A program made the position numbers and the translations under genes. The notes beneath the pieces are model-generated. The model ran no database searches. It was not told where the DNA came from and worked only from the letters and a program-made list of their open reading frames with translations. A DNA stretch of 64,000 nt, taken from positions 20,274,001 to 20,338,000 of the forward strand of contig NC_043021.1 in NCBI RefSeq assembly GCF_006345805.1, written 5' to 3'. The DNA comes from Octopus sinensis. Its lineage: Eukaryota. Of this stretch, positions 54,850 to 64,000 are shown piece by piece; the first letter of the stretch is position 1; every line of letters starts with the position of its first letter.

Positions 54850-55449
54850 CTGAAAAAAAAAAAAAAAAAAAAAAGATAAATATATAAATAAATAAATAAA
54901 CTTTTCAAATGATTAAGGAAGCAAAAAAAAAAAAAATTTCTTTTTGTTATTTTTACAAAGACAGAAACAAACATAGCAAATGTCCTCACCCACCCATACT
55001 TATCTTCTGAAATCTGAGATCAAAATTTGGGGAGAAGGTTAAAATTTGTCCCCACCCTCGTCCTTCAGTTGAATCCAGGTGCAGGCAACCTTTTATGAGA
55101 AGCAAGTGGCAGGAACTCATCACCCGAGGGCTGCATGACTAAGAATTTTCAAGGTAAATATTTCATTTAGGCATGCATTCTTGAAAAGTCTGAGGGTCAG
55201 TTTGCCCATGACGTGGTTTTTGGGGTCGACCGCGTCCTCCACTTCATTTTTTGTAAATCACTCATTCTCATTTAATTGTATGTATTTTAATTATTTGTTT
55301 ATTCATACGTTTTGTCTCATTCGATACCCTGACCCCAATGTTTGTTTTGTCTGTCCTCATATCATCCCCTCTTTTTCTCAACCTCATGGTTAATAAAGAA
55401 ATTGACTGGTTTAACCTTTTGCCTGTCCAAAACGTTTTCATAATTTTCA

Positions 55450-55673
55450 TGTAAAAAGCACCATCCGATCATGGCCGTTTGCCAGCCTCGTCTGGCACGT
55501 AAAAAGCACCCACTACACTCATGGAGTGGTTGACGTTAGGAAGGGCATCCAGCCGTAGAAACATTGCCAGATCAGACTGGGCCTGGTGCAGCCTTCTGGC
55601 TTCCCAGACCCCAGTTGCACCGTCCAACCCATGCTAGCATGGAAAGCGGACGCTAAACGATGATGATGATGAT
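55450..55673 (+). mobile_element. SINE family C in unk intron
   Basis: Family C body with (GAT)n tail. Confidence 0.85.
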
Positions 55674-56005
55674 GTCCCTTCTTGTTGTGAGTGATGAAAC
55701 ACTTTCCTTTCGTAAGTCTCAAGTTACTCTGGTTATTGAATGATGCATGGAAGCAAAGATATATTTAAAGAAACAAGTCCTGTGCATCACGTGTGAGAAA
55801 ACAGGACAGGCAAGAGATTAAAGAAACTTAAAACACAATTTTATGAGTTACCCGAAACAGATGAGTAACAATCTGTGAAGTTGCTGCAGAACTGGACTGT
55901 GGTCACAATGCATTACGAAAGACGATGGCAGAGAAAGAAAGATGTGTATGAAAAAGAGGGGAGGGAGGTGAGAGAAAGAAGTGAGAAAGGTGTAGGAAAG
56001 AGAGA

Positions 56006-56488
56006 TCATCATCATCATCATTGTTTAACATCCGCTTTCCATGCTGGCATGGGTTGGGCAATTTGACTGAGGTCTGGCGAACCAGATAGCTGCACCAAGC
56101 TCCAGTCTTGATCTGGCAGAGTTTCTACAGCTGGATGCCCTTCCTAATGCCAACCACTCTGAGAGTGTAGTGGGTTCTTTTATGTGTCACCGGCATTAGG
56201 GCCAGTCAGGCGGTACTGGCAACAGCCAAGCTCAAATGGTGCTTTTTATGTGCCACCTGCACAGTAGCCAGTCCAGCGGCACTGGCAACGACCTCGCTTG
56301 AATATTTTTTCATGTGCCACCAGCACAAGTGCCAGTAAGGTGGCGCAGATAACGATCACGCTCAAATGGTGTTTTTTACATGCCACCAGCACGGAGGCCA
56401 GCTTCTTGCTCTGGCAACGATCACGCTCGTATGGTACTCTTAGCGCCCCACTAGCATGGATGCCAGTCATTAAATTTGATTTCGATTT
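56006..56488 (-). mobile_element. SINE family C in unk intron, inverted relative to 55450-55673
   Basis: Reverse copy with several modules; another minus-strand copy at 58925-59180. Confidence 0.85.
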
Positions 56489-56539
56489 AAGAGGAGAGAG
56501 GGAAAAGAGAGAGATGTGTGTATATGAGTAAAAAGGGGA

Positions 56540-56757
56540 AAGGGTGTACAAAGTGGGTTCCTTGGCAGTGGATACCTGATTTCAAGGGGAGAAGGTGGGG
56601 AAAAGTCTGCCCCGAACTGCTGGAAGCATTTGAAGCTAATGAAGATACATGTCTTCCGATCAGGTGACATGAGATGAAATGTGGCTGGCTGTATCTTTAT
56701 GATACTGCCATAATCCTTGCCTTCAGTTCATCTTTGGTGTTACAAGGAGTTTTGTTG
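56540..56757 (+). mobile_element. Short Tc1/mariner transposase relics
   Basis: Plus strand KWVPWQ..KVCPELLEAFEAN..VT*DEMW (RWVP and VTGDETW-like). Adjacent minus-strand NKTPCNTKDELKARIMAV resembles a Tc1-type C-terminus. Confidence 0.55.
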
Positions 56758-57025
56758 CATGCATGCATGTATGTATGTATTTCTTTACTACCCACAAGGG
56801 GCTAAACACAGAGGGGACAAACAAGGACAGACAAATGGATTAAGTCGATTACATCGACCCGAGTGCGTAACTGGTACTTAATTTATCGACCCCGAGAGGA
56901 TGAAAGGCAAAGTCGACCTCGGCGGAATTTGGACTCAGAACGTAACGGCAGATGAAATACGGCTACGCATTTTGCCCGGCGTGCTAACGTTTCTGCCAGC
57001 TCGCCGCATGTATGTATGTATATAT

Positions 57026-57397
57026 AGCTTGTTTACCAACCACATGGTACCGGGTTCAGTCCCACTGCGTGGCACCTTGGGTAAGTGTCTTCTACTATAG
57101 CCTCAGGCCGACCAAAGCCTTGTGAGTGGATTTGGTAGACAGAAACTGAAAGAAGCCCGTCGTGTATATGTATATATATATGTGCGTGTGTGTGTTTTTG
57201 TGTCTGTGTTTGTCCCCTAGTATTGCTTGACAACCGATGCTGGTGTGTTTATGTCCCCGTTACTTAGCGGTTCGGCAAAAGAGACCGAAAGAATAAGCAC
57301 TGGGCTTACAAAAGAATAAGTCCCAGGATCGAGTTGCTCGATTAAAGGCGGTGCTCCAGCATGGCCGCAGTCAAATGACTGAAACAAGTAAAAGAGT
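57026..57397 (+). mobile_element. SINE family A in the last unk intron
   Basis: Slightly 5'-truncated copy followed by (GA)n. Confidence 0.9.
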
Positions 57398-57409
57398 ATA
57401 TATATATAT

Positions 57410-57460
<51 letters not shown>

Positions 57461-57525
57461 TAGAGATAAAGAGGAAGGAGAGAGTAATTTTTTTTATTTT
57501 ACCGACAGAAAGGTGTGCAACGTAC

Positions 57526-57696
57526 CTCATCCACATGTTTACTCTCAATTCTTAATTGCTGTTGAATTTGTTTGAGTTGTTGAAAAGCAAGGTGATCTAA
57601 TTCGTTGCTTTGAGAACAGAGTGGAAAAGAATTGAGAGAAGACCCAGATTTAAGCTTCTCCACTTCCATTTGCAGTGTCTTCACACGACTTAATGC
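57526..57696 (-). CDS. unk: Penultimate coding exon of unkempt homolog
   Basis: ttgtttacctaCAG acceptor; 171 nt encoding ALSRVKTLQMEVEKLKSGSSLNSFPLCSQSNELDHLAFQQLKQIQQQLRIESKHVDE; GTACGT donor; in frame with both neighbouring exons. Resembles the unkempt LxxLQxQLRxDLExVD segment. Confidence 0.9.
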
Positions 57697-58089
57697 CTGT
57701 AGGTAAACAAAGAAAACAAAATCAATCTTTAGAAACTCTACGACGCTTACCGTTAATAATCTTTGGTGCTGTAAACACTGCTTCCCTTATACAAAAAAAA
57801 AAAAGGGACAAAATTGAAAGTTTGGATGAATTCTTAAGATTACTCTCAACAATGTTAGTGCAGACACAACTATAATAACTGAAGGCCACTGCTGAGTTTT
57901 TGACACATATTTTAAAATTCAGGGGTAATGGGATTAATTAGAAATTTTAATCATCATCATCTTCCTTCTATGTATGTATGTATGCATGTGAATGTGTATG
58001 TATATATACATACACACATATATATATATATACACACATACATATACATATATATACATACACACATCTATATACACACACATATACAC

Positions 58090-58122
<33 letters not shown>

Positions 58123-58387
58123 TATACATATATATACATACACACATATACACACATCTATATACACACACATACATACACACATCTATATACACACACA
58201 TATACACATATATATATACATACATATATATATATACACACACACACACACATATACATATATATATACACACACACATATACATATATATATACACACA
58301 CACATATACATATACACACATATACATATATATATACACACATATACATATATATATACACACATATACATATATATATACACACAC

Positions 58388-58439
<52 letters not shown>

Positions 58440-59797
58440 ACAGGAAGTGCATCCAGGTGTAGAAAATTCACCTCAACAAAATTGTCCAACCCATGCAAGC
58501 ATGCAAAAATGGAAGTAAAAACAATGATGCTGATAATGATGATTATGCAATGTTTATGGCATCGTACATCCGCCTCCTCCTTTAATGTTCATTTTCCAAG
58601 CTGGCATGAGTTGGACAGTTTGACCAGAACTGGCAAGCCAGAGAGCTGCACCACGTTCCAGTCTGATTTGACTTGGTTTCTATGGCTGGATGCCCTTCCT
58701 AACACCAACCACTTTAGTATGAGCAGGATGCTAGTAAAATACTCAATACAGATTCAACATTGATTTACCAGAACCAGTGGTTTCGAACCCTTTTTGGATT
58801 ATTTGATTTTTCTGAAGGAGAGGTGGTCACCTTGGTCAACACACTCTTAAATTAAACAAATAATAAATTTACTTAACCCTTTCGCATTTGGATTATTCTG
58901 TCAAATGTATTACTCCTCCTCCTTATCACTTAGCGTCTGTTTTCCATGCTGGCATGGGTTGGACAGTTTGACTGGGGACTGGCAAGCCAGGAGGCCACAC
59001 CAGGCTCCAATCTGATCTGGTAATGTTTCTACAGCTGGATGCCCTTCCTAATGCCAACCACTACGAGAGTGTAGTGTGTGCTTTTTATGTGCCACCAGCA
59101 CGGGAGCCAGTCAAGAGGTACTGGCATCAGCCACAATCGGATGATGCTTTTTACATGCTACTGGCACAAGAGCCAGTCAGAGTGAAGGGACGCAGGGGGC
59201 TAGAATTATCTTGTAACTTCAAGATTTCAATTGTGTTTATATATTTTTAGAATAACATTGTAGGGTAGGTGTGAGATGTTGGATCTAGTCCGTTTTAACA
59301 TAAAACAGAATATTTTGGGTGGATATGGCTGGATTAAATAAATAAATGAAATACAAGTACCTGTACTTAGTATAAATCATACAAGTTTATTAATACTGGA
59401 TTTTGCAGTAAACTAGGCTGGAAGCTGTGAGGACTTGAAGTTTCTGCTCATAAATTAGTGTGGATTGAAAGAGGTTCCACACTATCAGTGTTGTATCTGT
59501 ACAGTTTTTATGTTGTAAGTGTATAAAGTCTATACATGGCTGTGTGTACATTTGTATCACTAAGGAAATGACCAATAAATCGAAGGGTTGAACAAAAATA
59601 TTTTGTGATATTTAGTCCACTAAGTTATGTCACACTTAGGACTTAGCCACTCAAAAATTGGAAATCAATAAGCTAAGTATCTAACAGAGTATGAGGGCCA
59701 ATGTAATACACTAAAAGATTCCTTGAAAATGGTACCTCTGCAAAGCCACAGTCCAATGACTGATACTGAAAAATAAACAAAAAAACAAACCACTCAC

Positions 59798-59872
59798 CTC
59801 ATCCCTTTGTTTGGCAACAAGTTTCATTTTCCTAAGAGATTCTTCTTCTTCTTTCTTCCATGCCTCACACGC
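59798..59872 (-). CDS. unk: Internal coding exon of RING finger protein unkempt homolog (coiled-coil region)
   Basis: Minus strand: polypyrimidine tract + CAG acceptor, 75 nt encoding ACEAWKKEEEESLRKMKLVAKQRDE, GTGAGT donor, phase 0. Resembles the unkempt-family ACxAW coiled-coil segment. No further upstream exon recognised in the window. Confidence 0.9.
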
Positions 59873-60014
59873 CTGGATAGTAAACAGCATTTGGAAAAGA
59901 AAAAAAAGGAGAAAATAGTCTTTTTTTTTCAAACGAGTGTTTTAGTATAAAAAATAACAAGTTGCATATTTTGTGACGTACAAGTCGATATAGTATTCAA
60001 TTCAATTTTTTTGG

Positions 60015-60292
60015 CTCAAAAGCAAAAGCAAGGCCATGTAGGGGGACAGGGAGTTACGTACAGGGAGAGTGGTGATACAAAGAGTTCAGGCCATTTCTAG
60101 TCAAGAGAGACTTTGAATCGAGCAGTCATCGGCATCTTCACTATCTCGTGCAGCAGCTTATTCCACGGATCTGCAACCCGGACGGAGAAAGCCCCTCTCC
60201 TTCGATTGAGATGAAATCGTCGTAGATAGAGCTTTTCGGAGTGACCGCACAGCCCACACTCTGGGGTAGGAGTGAAGAACAGCTCTTTCGAG
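60015..60292 (-). mobile_element. CR1-type LINE 3' end (second family) in an unk intron
   Basis: LCGHSEKLYLRRFHLNRRRGAFSVRVADPWNKL..RFKVSLD signature. Confidence 0.75.
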
Positions 60293-62031
60293 ACGTTACA
60301 CTTTCCGCCTATGATGTTGTGAGCGAGAATGAGATCACCACGGCGTCAGAGTGTAAACATTTAGACACTATTATTATCTTTCCAAATCTTGCTGCTTTTT
60401 ACATGGAACTTTTGGCTCTCTAAAGTAACGGCTCTCAACTGTAGTCCAGATAAGGTTTTGTTAAAATTTATGCACAATAAAGTGATTACACTTCTACAAT
60501 ATACAAAATATCTTAATTTTTTTTATACAATTCCTAATAATATTTAATTATGAAAATATAATTGGATTCTTTTTTAAACATTGAATGTAGCGGGGCTCCG
60601 AAAGGGGTCTCAGGGAGTAGCGTCCTTGCCTTCCTGAGCCAGTTTTCCATCACATTTCTTAAAAATCATGGTAGAGGTCTTGGTTTTGGGACCACTCATG
60701 TCTAGAAACTGAGGTTGTGGGTAAGCAAGGGCATGCTCCTCATAGGAAATCTAGCTCCCAAAAAGCCTCATGACAGCAAAAGAGAATGGGCACTGGCCAG
60801 CCCAAAGGTTGGGTGGGCTGCACCTGCCTACCTATGTTGTTGTGGCATTGAGGTAGAACCAGCCACCTCTGTTAATGAGGACAAAACCCAGATTTAAAAC
60901 ACTGATGATGGTGATGAATGGCCAGGTAACCTTGTACTTCCTCTACAGCAAGCCACCTATTTCTTGTCTCTCTGTCTCACTATAACCTTTCATCATCCAA
61001 CACACTGAATGGCTATGAGGATTCACCTGAGTAAAATAGTAACTGAAGTGGTTCATAGGTAAAAAAATGGTTGAGAACCACTGCTCTAAAGACATCTAGG
61101 TATACAAGTCGACCTACCTTTATTTGGTTGTAAATTTTGGTTTGAAAAATTTGACTTGTATACCAGAAAATATAGTAAATATGGCATTTTCACATGTAGA
61201 TTAATCCTCATCATCATTTTGACACCATTTTTTTCTTACTTGGGTTGGATGAACGAATGTTCTTCAGCACTATGTCTCATCACATGTTACAGACCCTCAC
61301 CATTTACTTCATGAGAATGACCTGCACCACTTCTTCCTACAACTTCTACAGTCTCTTATCACCTAGATCATTTACCACTTCTACACCTGTCATCCTTCGT
61401 ACATCTTGTATCACACATCCCTATCAGCACAATCGTCTCTCTTGCATAGGCAGCAACTACCTCTGCCACTAAGAAAAGCTTTTCCTCTGAGTAAAATTTC
61501 TTTCTACAACAGGCACAAGGTCTGCAATTTTTCAGAGAGGGTGTAGTTGATAATACTTATTTTATCAACCTGGGAAAGATGAAAGGCAATGTTGGTCTTG
61601 GTAGTATTTCAAAGTTGGCCTTGGTAGCAGAGCTGGAAGAAAGACTGCTGAACATTTTGTTTGACGTGCTAATGATTCTGACAGTTACCATCTCTCTCTC
61701 TCTCTCATGCACACACACACACTCTCTCTCTCTCTCACACACACACAGAATAAAATGCAAACTGTTAATGTTTGTGTAAAACCTGCACTATATTGAAGGT
61801 GGCAAGCTGGCAGAAACGTCAGCACATCGGGCAAAATGCTTAGTGGTATTTCGTCTGCCGCTGCGTTCTGAGTTCAAATTACGCTGAGGTCAACTTTGCC
61901 TTTCATCCTTTCGGGGTCGATAAATTAAGTACCAGTTACGCACTAGGGTTGATGTAATCGACTTAATCCGTTTGTCTGTCCCTGTTTGTCCCTTCAATGT
62001 TTAGCCCCTTGTGGGCAAAAAAAAAAAAATA

Positions 62032-62400
62032 TTGTAGTGAAACATGGGACCTGAATGCAGAGGACCTATGAAGACTAGAAAGGAACAAAGTAAGCATGCT
62101 CTGATGGATGTGTAATGTCAGTGTACACGAACAACAAGGTACAACTGTGTTGAGAGTAAAAATAGGGTACAGGAGGAATCAGATGTAGTGTGCAAGAGAG
62201 AAGACTGGAATGGTTCGGTCATGTGATGCATAAAGACAAGGACAGCTGTAAAAAGAAATACTAATTATTTATAGTGGTTAGAACCAATGGAAGAGGAAGA
62301 CACATGAAAACGTGGGATGATCTCAGGATGTGGGACCTCAAGGAGAAGATAATTGGTGATACACAATACTTGTGAAGACCTTAACTATGCCAATACAACA
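62032..62400 (+). mobile_element. RTE-clade LINE C-terminal relic
   Basis: ETW..RLERN..ML*WMCNV..RRLEWFGHVM..GRGR..KTW. Confidence 0.8.
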
Positions 62401-63307
62401 TGGCTAAAGTTCAAAATGTATAATATGAATACACATGGATGGGATCTTACCTGGTGTCCTTGTCAAGGGTTCAACAGCTCCTGCCCCTCTCACCATATTT
62501 ACCGAAATTTTTATCATCATTCAAACCCACACCTCTGTTATTCATCTACTCATGTAAAATACAAAGTAGCCATGAGTCTCCCTGCCCCCACAACAAATCT
62601 GATCCTACTTCACCCATCGTACATTAACCCTTCAACACTGTACAAACGACCACTCTATCTCCTATTCTCCCTTTCAGGCAAGGGCGTTTCTTAGTCCTGC
62701 AAATAAGAAGATAACCTCACTGGTGATGGTGTCATGGGAGGGAAAAAAAAAGCATCCAGCACTCTGAGTAAAGTGGTTGGCATTGACCATCCTCATCCTT
62801 TGAGGTGGTTGAACCACCAATTCCCAACCAGCATAGTCTGTATTATTCATCCATTTGAGTGCAGAATGCAAAATGTGGTTCCTGAGACCTCCATTCAGGA
62901 GATCTTCCTGAGTCACTATCTCACCCTTGTGTGCCAATCCATCACAAGGTTACCTATTTACAGCTGAGTGGACTGAAGTAAAATGAAAGGAAGTGAATTT
63001 TTTTTCGAGAATACAGTATGCCACCAGGTCTGGGAATTGAACTCATGATTTACTGATGGCGAGTACAACATCCTAACCACTCGACCATGTGCTGGCATTA
63101 GGAAGGGCATCCAGGCATAGAAACTGTATCACAAACGAAGCACTGGGGCAAGACATGGTCCCCCTGACTCTTTGGATTCTGTCGAAATGGTAAAAACCAT
63201 GCCAGTATTGGAAAGGAGACATACAAAAAGAGTGTTGACGTTGGTGACAATTCCTCATATACCCAATTTTTCTCTTGGCTTATTTGTGCTCCATTGTTCA
63301 TGTAGAC

Positions 63308-63508
63308 CAGTGCTTTTCAACATTTTTGCTGGAGTGGAACCCCAAGGAAACATTCCACTGGCTCGAGGAACCCCTGTGCAATAATTTAATAGTCTTATGC
63401 ACACATATCTGCACAGGAGAATTAAAAATTACTGTCGATTTTAGCAGTTTTGTAACTTCTTGCGGAACCCCTGGACTGTACTGGCGGAACCCTGGTTGAA
63501 AACCACTG
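63308..63508. mobile_element. hAT-type MITE
   Basis: TIRs CAGTGCTTTTCAAC / GTTGAAAACCACTG; 8-bp TSD atgtagac / atgtacac. Confidence 0.85.
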
Positions 63509-64000
63509 ATGTACACTAACAATTTGCATCCAGCAGACATGCTCATTAAATTTCTAAACAAATCCCAACACCTCCTTCATTTTCAATGTCAACACTGCCA
63601 TCAAGAGATATTGCACTTGTGTGTGTGTGTGTGTTCATTACTGTCTCCTTACTTTGACATCAAATAACAGTTGTAAATGGGTGCCTTCATCATCGTTCAA
63701 ACAGTATCCTTTGTTTCTAATCTTCCCTGAAAAACATGTTTGGTCATGAGGAAACATTACTTTGCCTGGAAACAGGCGAGGCTTGGCAACAAGAAGGGCA
63801 TCCAGCTGTAAGAATTCTATCTGATTTGTGTGAACATGGAAAATTGGGTGTTAAATGATGACTTGTTTCAGTCATTAGACTGTGGCCATGTTGGGGCATA
63901 GCCTCGAAGAAATTTTAGTTGAATGAATCGACCCCGGTACTTGTTTTTCTTTAAGCCTGGTACTTATTCTATCAATCACTTTTGCTGAGCCACTAAGTTA

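Noticed and set aside
58776-61083. hAT-like ends (cagtggtttcgaac and gttgagaaccactg) that would bracket an unk exon
   Set aside because: Flanking 8-mers (accagaac vs ctctaaag) do not match as a TSD; most likely two independent relics.

Overview
Repeat-saturated, AT-rich eukaryotic DNA. The SINE families and microsatellite load strongly suggest an octopus (coleoid cephalopod) genome; this is an inference. The only host protein-coding sequence I can support is three minus-strand terminal exons (59872-59798, 57696-57526, 54849-54673). They splice in frame into a coiled-coil plus C3HC4 RING C-terminus of an unkempt (UNK/UNKL) homolog, possibly followed by a very long 3' UTR. The rest is at least five SINE families, decayed LINEs (L1/Tx1, CR1, RTE, R4/Dong), a full-length mariner fossil, Helitron-like elements, hAT- and piggyBac-like MITEs, kb-scale (TA/CA)n microsatellites and a CpG-rich promoter-like zone at about 10.3-13.2 kb. 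Nearly all ORFs in the supplied track are microsatellite or SINE artefacts. The most interesting signal is a set of small fold-back elements inside (TA)n tracts. Several carry minimal type I hammerhead ribozyme folds with non-canonical catalytic cores (U4C at 6397-6451 and 18378-18415; a G3:C8 swap at 45648-45697), resembling Penelope-like element termini.
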